From assembly GCF_006345805.1 (NCBI RefSeq), contig NW_021833653.1, positions 1-62,954 on the forward strand: a stretch of 62,954 nucleotides of DNA, in the 5' to 3' direction. A program made the position numbers and the translations under genes. The stretch is from Octopus sinensis. Lineage: Eukaryota. This document shows positions 12,348-25,971 of the stretch, one piece after another (within the stretch, counting starts at the first letter, position 1; each line of letters starts with the position of its first letter). Under the pieces are notes generated by a model. It did not search any database, was not told where the DNA came from, and saw only the letters and a list, made by a program, of their open reading frames with translations.

Positions 12348-12432
12348 GTTTACGATCGTTTCGGTGTTCCATCGTGAGGAAAATATATATTCATATTTTA
12401 GCCTTGTTGCAAATGGCAGACAGCATCAGAAC
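12348..12432 (-). ncRNA. Degenerate hammerhead motif
   Basis: Minus strand reads gtt-CTGATGC-tgtctgccat...atggaacacc-GAAA-C(GATC)G-TA-aac. Confidence 0.45.
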
Positions 12433-12582
12433 GGCGAAGTCAGAAATAGAGAATGAAAAGGTTTATTTGTTCATTAATACAGAAACTTGAGTTTGGGGTT
12501 TACTGTAAGTAATTCTTGTTTTCATTCTCTTTGGAATTACTTTTTCTCGTGGTTTGAGTTTGGCTGCGCTTTCTAGCATGTA

Positions 12583-12654
<72 letters not shown>

Positions 12655-12660
12655 CTCTAT
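12583..12660. repeat. (ATCT)n microsatellite
   Basis: Seen directly in the sequence. Confidence 0.95.
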
Positions 12661-12759
12661 CTCGTTAGCTAGCTACCTAGCCAAGTATCCCTATCGATAT
12701 GCTGTTATTCTATCAGGTGATCTCTGTCTATCTCTCCCAATCTTTATCACTCTCTCTCT

Positions 12760-13733
12760 ATATATATATGTGTATAAATATGTATGTATGTATATATATC
12801 ATATATATATATATGTATATACATGTGTATGTATATATATGTTTGTATATATGAATATATATTATATATATATGTATATATGTGTGTATAATATGTATAT
12901 ATATGTGTGTGTATATGTATTCTATATATATGTGTATATAAATATATTTTTGTGTTGTGTATATATATATAATATATATTATATATATATTTGATTAATA
13001 ATAAATTCTCGTATATTCCATATTCCGTTTGTCTATATATATGTATATATACATATATACATGTATATATATAAATATATACTATATACATGTATATATA
13101 TTATATATACATATATACATGTATATATATATACATATATATAACATATATAGCATATATATATATATAGAATATATAATGTTATTATATATATATATAT
13201 AACATATATACATGTATATATATATATACATATATATACATATATACATATATATATATAATATACATAATATATACAATATACATATATATACTATTAC
13301 ATATCATATATATACATATATATATATATATTATCATATATAATACATATATACATATATATATATATACATACATATATACATATATATACATACATAT
13401 ATACATACATATATACATACATATAGACTACATATATACATATATACATAACATACTATTTACATACATATATCATATATATATATATATATATATACAT
13501 ATATACATATATATATACATATATATATATAATATATAGAATATATATAAAAATATATACATATTACATATATATATACATATATTATATACATATATAC
13601 GTATATACATAGATACATATATAAGTATATACATATATCCTATATATTATATACATATATATTATATATATATATATATATTATATACATATATACATAT
13701 ATATATACATATATACGTATATACATATATACG

Positions 13734-13764
<31 letters not shown>

Positions 13765-13778
13765 ATATATATATATCT
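12760..13778. repeat. ~1-kb degenerate TA/TACA low-complexity array
   Basis: Seen directly in the sequence. Confidence 0.95.
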
Positions 13779-14634
13779 ACACAGACATAAGTAACAAACA
13801 ATTCGGCAGATTAAACTACTTAGCTATGTGTCTAAACATGGTCTGCATTTAGACCAGGAAATAAACCTAAATATGTAAGTGACAGCAAAGAATCTGACAC
13901 AATCAATACATGAACAGATCGTACATTTATTAAGCGGCATATATCTCTGTTGAGCAAAGAAACATCAACGAACTCAAATGATATGCTTCATGTAGCAACG
14001 GCATCTCTCAAAAGAGGTAATATTGACTCAGTCCTAACTAACAGGATTATTTGAAAGACATCAAGAAAGATACAATATGGCCGCCTGTCCGGATCACAAT
14101 TGCAAATAATACACTATATACATTAAACAAAATGTCTGCCATTTGTAAAGGAAATTCCGAATATAGAGACCAAGGATATTGGTTGTGTATAGATGCTTGA
14201 CTAGGATTTTGTATGAAATAAATCTCAATCGTATTGTCAAAAAGAAGCGTCTATTTCCGTTGAAGTAATACAATTTCACAAATCTGTTATTAAGTATCTT
14301 TCTGGTCGAAGGAACTGGTCGTCTTTCCGGTTTGTTTGTTCCTTCTTCGTGTCACTGTTCTAATAAATACATGGAAGAACTTTGCGGAAGGGATTTAGAA
14401 GTTATCGAAGTTCTTGATACGTTAATTTGTTGCGAATATTAAACAATTTGACGGTTCTTTTTATTTGGTTCCAGTTCTCGGTCTGGCTGCGTGAAAGAGA
14501 AATAGGAATCTTTACTCGGTCAAACAAAACACAGAAACAGACTAACAGACAGACAAATAAAGAAAGGGAAAGTGATGCGACATTCAAGGAAGTGATGTGT
14601 TGAACAAAGAGTATCTGAAACATATTAAACTAGA

Positions 14635-14746
14635 TTACACGAAGGAATTATCGTACATTATTTAAATTATTTAAATTTAACGGATATTTGTCCTTCATCA
14701 GGTGTCTTGGGGAAATTCCGAACCTGGGTTCCTGTTTCTAAGGTAT
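14635..14746 (-). mobile_element. PLE pLTR-like fragment, same family as 18419-18545, with the hammerhead internally deleted
   Basis: Shares cggata..tgtcc and ttcatcaggtgtcttggggaaatt...cctgggttc with the 18.4-kb copy but lacks the ~50 bp between them. Confidence 0.6.
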
Positions 14747-14752
14747 GCCCAC

Positions 14753-14870
14753 GAGCATATGGCGTAGTGGTTAAATATGGCGTAGTGGTTAAGAGTACGG
14801 GCTACTAACCCCCAAGATTCCGAGTTCGATTCCAGGCAGTGAGCTGAATAATAATAATAATAATGATAAC

Positions 14871-14926
<56 letters not shown>
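14753..14926 (+). mobile_element. Short tRNA-derived SINE with an (AAT)n tail and a duplicated A-box
   Basis: tggcgtagtggttaa present twice, B-box gagttcgattcc, then about 80 bp of (AAT)n. Confidence 0.7.
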
Positions 14927-14928
<2 letters not shown>

Positions 14929-15911
14929 GCCCTGATGCAGTACCAGGCAGTGGCTCTCATGGCTTCTGATCTTAACTGATTGGAAGTGTTATCATGTACA
15001 TTGTTTTGTCTTGGTATAAAAGATGAGCTACAGCAAATATTCTGCTTAATACCACAGACTTGCTTGTCAGTTGTTTGACCGTAACCAGTTGAGCATGTCC
15101 CTTAGTGGCTGACGATATGTGCATCTCTGATCACGAGAAGAAGTAGTGGATGAGTATCATAGATACATACATACAATCGTATAGTTGTAGACATTAGATT
15201 GCCCAAAGGGTATAAACGTTCCTACTCGTAATCAGGCAGAAGGAGACTATTTATCGAAAAGCAAAATGCTTCGAAAGGTACCACTTCTGCATCGTGATTG
15301 TAAAATCATATTTATTCCGAGAAGCATTGGTGTAATTGTTTGTGTTGGTCAATAAAAAAGGGGGAGTCAGAAAAAATATCTTAAAACGGCCAGATTTTCA
15401 AGCAGGGAAAGAACTGCCACCATTCGCTTCGCAAATGAATACTTTTACCAATACAGTAAAAATGAGGAAGAATTTAATTCTTATCGACTTTGTCAGAAAG
15501 TTCTTCACCGCAGGAAACCTTCAAACAATTAAAACAATAATGTACGAAAGACATGCTTACACATACATGCACACAGATACACACGAATATGTGTGTGTGT
15601 ATGTGTGTGTGTGTATGTTTGTGTGTGAGAGGGAGATAGAGATAGTGTGTGTGTGTGTGTGTGTGTTAATGTGCATGTGTGTCTGTGAGTGTGTATCTGC
15701 ATATATGTATATCTGTGTACGTGGGTGCATACCAGATATCAAAAGAACATTACAAAAAATAGTTTTGTTTAGAAAAATACCAAATCATCACTGTCGCCGT
15801 CGTCATCATCATCATCATCATCTCAATGATAATTTAATATTGACGACAAATAGAAATCTAAACGACTCCTTAGAATTTTAACGAAAATTAATGACTAATG
15901 ATTTAGATATC

Positions 15912-15963
<52 letters not shown>

Positions 15964-16349
15964 GCATACATGTATACACAAATATATATATTTGCATTGG
16001 TAGATGTATATATGTAATTTATTTGTTTATGTATTGTACCCCAACATATGTTTGATGTGAGATAAATTTATATGAAACTACAGATAAGACAGTATAATTT
16101 ATTTTTATCATGTGAAATGGATATCTTTGATATTTTTCTAAAATCATATTTTTTCGGGAACGTGCTTCAAATAAACGTAGATTAGTCTGTGTTTGTTACT
16201 AAGTAACCCCAAACTTTAACGCAGCGGGATCGATCTTGGAACAAGAGAATATGTATCCATCTCCTGTTCCTCACGTGCTGGATAGCGACATCGGAGTTAA
16301 AAGAAATCATGGCGAATGACTAAATGAAAACCTATAGACACAAGTCTTT

Positions 16350-16610
16350 GAAATTTAGCGGGACCCCAGTGTTCGACTGATATTTATTTTGCCGACCCCT
16401 AAAGAATGAAAGTCAGAGTCAATCTCGGCAGAATTTGAACTCAGAACGGAAATTGTATCGACACCTGTATTTGACTGGCGTTTTAGATTCTCGACCCCAA
16501 TGAAAGATAAGTTTGACCTAGGTGGACTTATATCTCAGAACGTAAAGAACTGAAAGAAATACTTCTAAGCATTTTATTCGAGGTGCAAATGTTTTTGCAA
16601 GGTTACAGTT
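16350..16610 (-). mobile_element. Two old SINE C fragments
   Basis: gacccc..aagaatgaaagtcagagtcaatctcggcagaatttgaactcagaacg plus a second, more diverged unit. Confidence 0.65.
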
Positions 16611-17297
16611 TTATTACAGCTTCAAATGTTTTGAAAAGGCCACAAAATTTAGTGAGAGGGAATTAGTTCGATTTCTTCCATTGAACCGCTTCAACGACAC
16701 ATTATTTTATAGCCCCGAAACTAATGACATGCAAACATTATGATATAAAATGACATAAAATATAGATTGCAGATAACATTGATATAAAGGAAGAGATGAA
16801 AGCGATGAGGAGTTGAGGGTCAAAGCGACAAAGATCTAAAATTCGAAAAGTTCAAATAGCAACAGGACAGTTGATCCACATGCCTTACAAATGCATTAAA
16901 AAACAGCAGATTGAATCGTGATGATTCATTCTTACACAATGGGACAATTGACCCAAGCATATTAGAATAATTCTTTTATTATTTTCACATGGTACATTTC
17001 CAAATACAGCCAAGAGCAACGGATAAATCGACAGAATAACTAACTGGATTATGAAATAAAATGGAAAGGAAAAGATGAGAGAAAAGACAAATAGGAAATC
17101 TGGAGGCTAATAAGAAATCAGCTGCATGCCGTTCATGTGATATAACACAAAGGAAAGTTGATGGAGCGCAGGAGCTAAATGCGATGCTATATTTACTTTC
17201 CGGTCAAAGAATACAATTGCGAAATACGTTCACACAATGGCGTATATATATACGTATGTATGTGTGTGTCTGTGCACGGATGTATGCTGTATGCATG

Positions 17298-17332
<35 letters not shown>

Positions 17333-17524
17333 CGTTGTTGTCTCTTTTCCATTCTCACTAATATAGAATAACGCAGTTTAATTCGATGTTTTCTGTTTGC
17401 AATCGATGAGGCTTCAGTTAGTCTGAGTATTGAAGAAAATTTATGTAATGCATGTCCGTGGTGCTCCGATATTAACTCCAAAATACCATTAGTACCGATA
17501 TATAATAAAAATAATAAAAACAAC

Positions 17525-17581
<57 letters not shown>

Positions 17582-17582
<1 letters not shown>

Positions 17583-18040
17583 GACGGATATTACTGTCCC
17601 AATTGATATAAACGTATCTGTCAAGACCTACCAGAAACTGAGTAAATATAAAGATCTGGAAATAGAAATCAGGAAAATGTGGAACCTGAAGACTAAGACA
17701 ATACCTGATGTCATAGGTGCCTGGGAATGATAGCAAAAGGGGCTGATTGCTACCTAATTCAGATACTAGGAAACCCCAAAATGGCAGAAATTCAAAAGAT
17801 AGTGCTCAGGGGAACTGCTCATATCCTACGCAAAATACTTTCTATGTAATCTCAAGTTTAAAACTAAACATAATTTTCGTATTGTTTTTTAGGCATTCAC
17901 TAGTACAACACTAAGTACAAAACCAAATATATGGCACCCTAGGCATAACCCCAACATGAACTTCCAACTTGTTGCCTCTTGAGGTCTCTGGGTGAGACTT
18001 GGAGCCAGCTTGTGCAAATGTAAAGCAAAAGTCAAACATA

Positions 18041-18041
<1 letters not shown>
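17582..18041 (+). mobile_element. R4/Dong-clade LINE 3' fragment (restriction-like endonuclease C-terminus plus 3' UTR) inserted in (TAA)n
   Basis: DITVPIDINVSVKTYQKLSKYKDLEIEIRKMWNLKTKTIPDVIGA/LGMI...EIQKIVLRGTAHILRKILSM*; (AAT)n arrays on both sides. Confidence 0.85.
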
Positions 18042-18110
<69 letters not shown>

Positions 18111-18149
18111 CTAAACTTTTTAAAGCACCGAGGCCGTGTCGAGAACTGC

Positions 18150-18418
18150 TTTTTTTTTGGTAGCCATGGATGTTTGTTTCTTATATCCTAATATATAAGG
18201 AGGGGAGAATCTTGCATGGATGCCTTTGAAAAGTGGTCAAGCAGAAGTATTCCATTAAAATTTTCTCTGTAGATTATTGAGGTTTGTGTTAGGAAGTCAC
18301 ACAATGAAGTGTAGACAAAGATTTTACCACAAAATGAAGGGTTGCGCCATGGGTAACCCCATAGTAGTTAATTTCGCTACTATCATCATGACGAAATTCG
18401 AGACACAGTTACTGAAGA
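18150..18418 (+). mobile_element. Penelope-like element reverse transcriptase remnant
   Basis: FLVAMDVCFLYPNI* (RT motif A) and RFYHKMKGCAMGNPIVVNFATIIMTKFE (PLE motif B, G.AMG.P). Confidence 0.75.
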
Positions 18419-18545
18419 CGGATAGTTGTCCTCATCTTGTTTGTTGCTAACACAACTTTTCGGCTGATATACCCCCCAGCCTTCATCAGGTGTCTTGGGG
18501 AAATTTCCGACCTGGGTTCTCATTCCTAAGGTATTTTTTCGATGT
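18419..18545 (-). mobile_element. PLE pLTR-like segment with a hammerhead at 18449-18494
   Basis: Minus strand reads GACAC-CTGATGA-A-GGCTG(10 nt)CAGCC-GAAA-AG-TT-GTGTT. Confidence 0.7.
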
Positions 18546-18562
18546 TGTTGCTGTTAGTATTA

Positions 18563-18611
<49 letters not shown>

Positions 18612-18653
18612 TTAGGTCATTGCCTGGAATCGAGCTCGGAATCTTGGGGTTAG

Positions 18654-19332
18654 ATGGCCCGTGTATGGAAGACAAGGCGAATTATTATTACATCTGTGGA
18701 GAGAGTATCAGGAGGTATCAAGAAGAATATAAAGGAAGTCGGAATAGAGTGGCCAGTAGAACTCTTACGAAAGATTTGCCTCCTCTGCCACGAGCAGAAT
18801 AATCAGGGAAGTGGTGGATGGAAGCACTCCGTCAGTTACGACGACGAGGGTTCCGGTTGATCCGAATCAACGGAACAGCCTGCTCGTGAGATTAACGTGT
18901 AAGTGGCTGAGCACTCCACAGACACGTGCACCCTTAACGTAGTTCTCGGGGATATTCAGCGTGACACAGAGAGTGACAAGGCCGGCCCTTTGAAATACAG
19001 GTACAACAGAAACAGGAAGTAAGAGTGAGAGAAAGTTGTGATGAAAGAGTACAGCAGGGATCACCACCATCCCCTGCCGAAGCCTCGTGGAGCTTTAGGT
19101 GTTTTTGCTCAATAAACACTCACAACGCCCGGTCTGGGAATCGAAACCGCGATCCTATGACCGCGAGTCCGCTGCCCTAACCACTGGGCCATTGCGCCTC
19201 CACAGGGAAGTATTAGGTAGCTGAAAAGAATAGAAAGCATGGTACCGTAGGCTGCAGTGAGCAAGCTTTCTACATATGCAAGACTAAGAGTTCTAATAAA
19301 ACCTGAGTTAAAAGAATGATGATAATGATAAT
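18654..19332 (+). mobile_element. Second R4/Dong family 3' fragment, interrupted by SINE B
   Basis: MARVWK...NIKEVGIEWPVELLRKICLL; the UTR resumes at 19204 and matches 29790-30072. Confidence 0.7.
18820..19203 (-). mobile_element. SINE family B, full length, with target-site duplication (TSD) agggaagt
   Basis: Complete from head to tail; agggaagt at 18805-18812 and 19204-19211. Confidence 0.9.
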
Positions 19333-20722
19333 CGTAAACACCGAAAATAGAGGTTTCTCTATTCAAAAGACCGACTGAAAACAAGTATTTTATGAACCCT
19401 CGACGCTCGATATAATTGAGTATTTAGGTTTGTTCGGTGAGACAGGCTTTTTCAAGGTCCGTGTAATGCGCCATGGGACGAATTTGTTTATATTGCCCCA
19501 AACAATTCAGCTTAATTTGTTTCTTTTTTACGGATGACATGCTTTATGTCACTATTTTTCCGAGGATTGGTTGCTACGTTTGAATTTTTGTATGAAGGCT
19601 AAGGCAATCGTATTCTGGTTCAAATAGCCATCGATTATATCGCTCACTTGTAGATTTATGATATTTCTTTTCATCAGAATCGACATAGATAACAGCAAAT
19701 AGTCATCGGTGAAAACGTTCGACATTGGAACTTGAGATAAAATTTAAAATGGCGTAACCTGCGTAATCTGAACGTTTGCGATCAGGATGACAACTTTTAT
19801 GTAATCACTGATTCCTAAAGAATGTAATATTTTGAAAAAATAATGTTGGAAAAATATCCGAAATATTGCTACAGTAAGGGGTTACTAGAAAATAAATATA
19901 TAAAACAAAAACGTGGGTTAAAAATTTTCTCTGGTCAACGGTTGCAAATTTTAGGCATGAATACAGGAAAACTTTAGGATCAGATCTCAAGTAGTCTTTT
20001 ATTTTATGGGACATGCGTGGTATCATTGACTTCAGTATCATGAAGGCTAAGATTTTGATTACGTAACGAAACGATTGTCAAGGAATATAAATATCCTACG
20101 TGTTCTGTTTATGGATGGCGATTTGATGGTGTTCCAGAAGAAGTGATATGAATTACACTCTTTTGTGCAAAGCAATACATATAATTTATGGATGAAAACC
20201 GCTTGGATTTTGGGATTAAACCATTTTAATTTCTCGTAATGAAAAATGATGAATAATGGAAGACTGCAGAGGGTAATGGAAAATAACTTCCAGATAATGG
20301 CGTCGTAAAATAAAACACGAAAGCGAGAAGCGTTATAAAGGTGTAGATAGATCGTAAAAATAAAGCAAAATAACAACGAGGGGATATATTTTGAGGGGAA
20401 TACGTTCTTGATTGATCTGCGGGTTTAAATCAGAGAGAAATGGTTAGCATGACGTGTTCTGGTCATTAAGATATAAAGACCTCTCTCTTTCTCGCCAGAG
20501 TGAAGCTATCTTAAAATGACATAAAGACCAGCTTCGGTTCTATAATAAAACTGTTGAGATAAACGATGGAAAAAAGCAGAAGAAAACATAACTATTATAA
20601 ATGGGGCATTATATTCCAAGGGTTGGCAATGAGAAGTATATGTATATATATACATTATATATACACACATACCTATATACATATACATACTTTTATATGT
20701 ATATATATACATATACACATAA

Positions 20723-20739
<17 letters not shown>

Positions 20740-20773
<34 letters not shown>

Positions 20774-21310
20774 ATAATATGTATATATACACATATATAT
20801 ATGTATAGATATATATAGATATATGTGTGTATGCGTGTGAGCGTGTGCGTGTATGCCAGTGCGTGTGTGGATAGAAATATGTGTATATATAATGTACGTG
20901 TATAAATATATGAATAGATATATACATAGCTATTCTAGAAACATTTATGAACATATGCATATATACATATATAACACATATGCAAATACATGCATAATAT
21001 ATATATATATACATATATATACATATATATATACATATATACATATATATACATATATATACATATATATACACATATATACACATACATACATATATAT
21101 AACATATATACATATATAACATATATACATATATACACATACATATATATATATACATATATACACATACATACATATATATACATATATACATATATAC
21201 AAATACATATATACAAATACATATATATACATATACATATATATACATAAATAAACATATACATATATATACATAAAAAAACATATACATATATATACAT
21301 ATATATATAC

Positions 21311-21343
<33 letters not shown>

Positions 21344-21910
21344 ATATATATATTTATATATATATATATAATATGTATATATACACATATATATATGTAT
21401 AGATATATATAGATATATGTGTGTATGCGTGTGAGCGTGTGCGTGTATGCCAGTGCGTGTGTGGATAGAAATATGTGTATATATAATGTACGTGTATAAA
21501 TATATGAATAGATATATACATAGCTATTCTAGAAACATTTATGAACATATGCATATATACATATATAACACATATGCAAATACATGCATAATATATATAT
21601 ATATACATATATATACATATATATATACATATATACATATATATACATATATATACATATATATACACATATATACACATACATACATATATATATACAT
21701 ATATACATATATACACATATATACATATATACACATACATATATATATATACATATATACACATACATACATATATATACATATATACATATATATACAA
21801 ATACATATATATACAAATACATATATATACATATACATATATATACATAAATAAACATATACATATATATACATAAAAAAACATATACATATATATACAT
21901 ATATATATAC
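20740..21910. repeat. Tandem duplication (~594-bp offset) within a TA/CA low-complexity array
   Basis: The unique core atgccagtgcgtgtgtggatagaaatatg...tattctagaaacatttatgaac occurs at 20853 and 21447. Confidence 0.85.
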
Positions 21911-22310
21911 TACATATATATATATATATTATATATATATATATATATACATGCATATAAATATATATATATATACATATATAATACATGTGCGTGAGTA
22001 AATTGAATAAATATGTATATACAGGTGTGTGTGAGTAGATATATAGATATATATGTAGATACATATACACACATACCCACATATACACACCTGCTCAGGC
22101 GCATGCACACGCAGACACACATATGCATGCTAAACGATTTGTTTAGCATGTGTACTGAGATAATTTTTTCCCTGTGTAGGAATAAAATGACATGAAACAT
22201 TTTGCTTAAACCCAAAACTCACCACGCGATCAAAGAACCCAACCCTCTGATCCTACGTTCGTCAATTTAATACCCTACCCAGCAATCCACCACCAACGTT
22301 CACCCATTGT

Positions 22311-22747
22311 TTACTCTCTTTACTCTTCTACTTGTTTCAGTCATCTGACTGCGGCCATGCTGGAGCACCGCCTTTAGTCGAGCAAATCGACCCCGGGACT
22401 TATTCTTTGCAAGCCCAGTACTTATTCTATCGATCTCACTTTGCCGAACCGCTAAGTGACGGGGACGTAAACACACCAGCATCGGTTGTCAAGCAATGCT
22501 AGGGGGACAAACACATACACACAAACATATACACACACATACATATATATATGCATACATATATACGACGGGTTTCTTTCAGTTTCCGTCTACCAAATCC
22601 ACTCATAAGGCATTGGTCGGCCCGAGGCTATAGTAGAAGACACTTGCCCAAGATGCCACGCAGTGGGACTGAACCCGGAACCATGTGGTTGGTAAGCAAG
22701 CTACTTACCACACAGCCATTCCTGCGCCTATAGCCACTCCTGCGCCT
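22311..22747 (-). mobile_element. SINE family A with a duplicated 5' tip
   Basis: Homology to other copies; agcca(t/c)tcctgcgcct occurs twice at the end. Confidence 0.9.
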
Positions 22748-22821
22748 GTTTAGGAACATTAATAATACAATATTAATTAAATACACCGTATTTGATAACG
22801 GGTACTCCGTAAATTACGGGG

Positions 22822-22945
22822 TCAAGGTTTCCAGTTGATCCGATGAACGGAACAGCCTGTTTGTGAAATTAATGTGCAAGAGGATGAGTACTCCACAGAC
22901 ACGCGTACCCATACAGTAGTCTCAGGGAGATTCAGCGTGACACCG
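22822..22945 (-). mobile_element. SINE family B, 3' fragment
   Basis: Homology to other copies. Confidence 0.75.
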
Positions 22946-23371
22946 AACGACCAGGTCGACCCTATTGAAGGATAGGGACTACTCATTTTTGTCATCTGAA
23001 TAGATTTGAGGAACTTGAAATAAAAAGGCTTGCTCAAGGACAAGTTGCAGGGTATCGAACTCACGAAGCAACGACTCATAGTCACACCGTATTTGATACT
23101 GCTGAATTGTAAACCACTAATTAAAGTAGAATTGTTCTTATGGCTTCATCAATACTCGCTAATTAATATATCGGTAGACATAACAATAAACCTGATGCTA
23201 TTCGGCATACTAAAATATTTCTCCTATTTATATATTTTCTTTTCAATCGTTCATTCAAATATGGAATCGTAAAATTGCTGCTAAGACATATGACCTTCTT
23301 GGGAAGTATACAATGAATATAAGTCATTAAAAATTGATATACTATATGTATATAAATTTTTAATGACTTGC

Positions 23372-23419
<48 letters not shown>

Positions 23420-24318
23420 GTATATATATGTATATATATGTATATATATGTATATATATGGATATATATATATGTATATATATATATATAATATGTATAT
23501 ATGTATATATATGCATATATAAATGCTTATATATATATATGTATATATATATGCATATATAAATGTTATATATATATATAAATGTCTATATATATATAAA
23601 TGTTTATATATATATACATGTATATATATACATGTATATATATATATGTATAAAAAATATATATAAACAAATACAAAATGGGACAAGATATACACATATA
23701 TACATATATATATATGTTGAGTTCAGCTAGAGCTAATGATTCCGCTCTATTCTAATATACCATGAGCTATATTTTAGAAACATCAATAATATTTCTCACA
23801 AATACCTTTCAGTCGAAAACCGAAGTTTACAAGCAATGTAAGCACAATTAATTTATATAAGATGACGCTTTGACATTCATTACAAAGCATGCAACAAATT
23901 CAAAGAGGTGGTCACATCGCTACTTTTATCATTTAAAAATCATTTTACATTTTCTATTGTTTTCTTTACATTTCTTTATTTCCTTCACTTTTGTGGCGTC
24001 TGCGATTGTGTTCTTTCATTTGTCAAGCTTTTCTGCGTTTAACCGCTCTTGATTCCGCTCAGATTCTTTGCGTGGTTCACAGCTCAAAACTATTAAAAGA
24101 ACATAAATATTGTTTAAAGAATTCGTGACCTTTATTATCGCTTTTATCCCTCCCAAAGAAATCGTTTGATAGTTTATTTTATTACTATTTTCAGTTAAAA
24201 TTTTCTAAATATGACAGTTTTTTGCTTAAATTGCCTTATGATTAGGAAATTAAATAATCAATTAATTATGAAAATGGAAATTCGAATCTCTTATCTCTAA
24301 ACATTATATACATGTATA

Positions 24319-24392
<74 letters not shown>

Positions 24393-24394
<2 letters not shown>

Positions 24395-24589
24395 CTGTGT
24401 GCCTGTGTTTGTCCTCCCAACATCGCTTGATGCTGGTGTGTTTACATCCCCGTCACTTAGCAGTTCGGCAAGATAACCGATAGAATAAGTACTAGGCTTA
24501 CAAAGAATAAGTCCTTGGGTCGATTTGCTCGACTAAAGGCGGTGCTCCAGCATGGCCACAGCCAAATGACTGAAGCAAATAAAAGAATA
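24393..24589 (+). mobile_element. SINE family A, 3' half
   Basis: Homology to other copies. Confidence 0.85.
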
Positions 24590-25259
24590 CATAAATACAT
24601 ATACACACACACACACACATGTATAATTAAAGAAGAATAAAATTTTTTCGTTAAAAAAATTTTATCAATGGCCAGCATATCAAAAAATACCTTTAAAGAT
24701 TAAATTTATAAATGATTTACAAGATAAGGGCAAACGAAAAATTATAATGCCAAATATGCCGAAAAAAGACAAAAATTGTCAATAACGATTATAATTTATG
24801 CGTCTCGAAACAAACCGATAGAAATTTCTAAAAAATTCGTTATTACCGCATTGGTTCAATTTCGGAGTTAATTCATAAGGATTTTCCCCCCTTCAGCGGC
24901 AAATACGCGAGATATAAGTGAAATACTTACTCATACCCACGTATATGCATGTATATGTACATATATAATTGTGTACAGCTGTACATATAACACGTTTTCT
25001 ATTGCATAATTTGGAAAAGAACTCAGGCGCCACAAATTGCGGAACGATAGCAATTGAGCTACCATTGACGTGTTTCACAAAAATATTAAAAAAAGAAAGA
25101 AAGAATATAGAAAATAATGAGGTTATGTTGAGTAATAAATCGCATGAAATATGTATGAAGATTTTCGAAGCTTCCCCAAATTATATTGCACTTAGTGTAT
25201 GTTTGTGTATTTATGTCATCATATATATGTACATGTGTGTGTATTAATGTATATCTATA

Positions 25260-25299
<40 letters not shown>

Positions 25300-25427
25300 A
25301 TACTCACGCATATATATATTTTCGTAATTGTGTGAATAAATTTAAAACATTATGGTTTTAACGTCATTTCTTCTGGTATTTTAACACAATTAGCGCTTTC
25401 ATACATAACGTACTCATATGATGCCAA

Positions 25428-25774
25428 ATGTATATGTATGTATATATGTATGTATGCATGTATGTATGTATGCATGTATGCATGTATGCATGTATGTATG
25501 TATGCATGTATGTGTATGTATGTGTGTATGCATGTATGTATGCATGTATGTATGTATGCATGTATGTATGTATGTATGCATGTATGCATGTATGTATGCA
25601 TGCATGTATGTGTATGTATGTATGCATGTATGTATGTATGTGTATGTATGTGTATGTATGTATGTTTGTTTGTATGTATGTATGCATGTATGTATGTATG
25701 TGTGTGTATGTATGAATGTATGTATGTATGTACGTATGTATGTATGCATGTATGCATGTATGTATGTATGTATG
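25428..25774. repeat. (TGTA/TGCA)n tetranucleotide array
   Basis: Seen directly in the sequence. Confidence 0.95.
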
Positions 25775-25929
25775 GTGCGTCTTTGTCAGTGTCTATGCAA
25801 GTGGCAATATGTCTTCTTCATATTTTTGGTGTATATGCATAAGGTGCATATATATATATATACATATACACACATACCATACGCATGCATATTTTGAGAG
25901 TGTATACATAAGGTACATATATATATATA

Positions 25930-25971
<42 letters not shown>

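Noticed and set aside
14753-14846. Functional tRNA gene
   Set aside because: Duplicated A-box, no pairable acceptor stem and a direct (AAT)n tail indicate a SINE.
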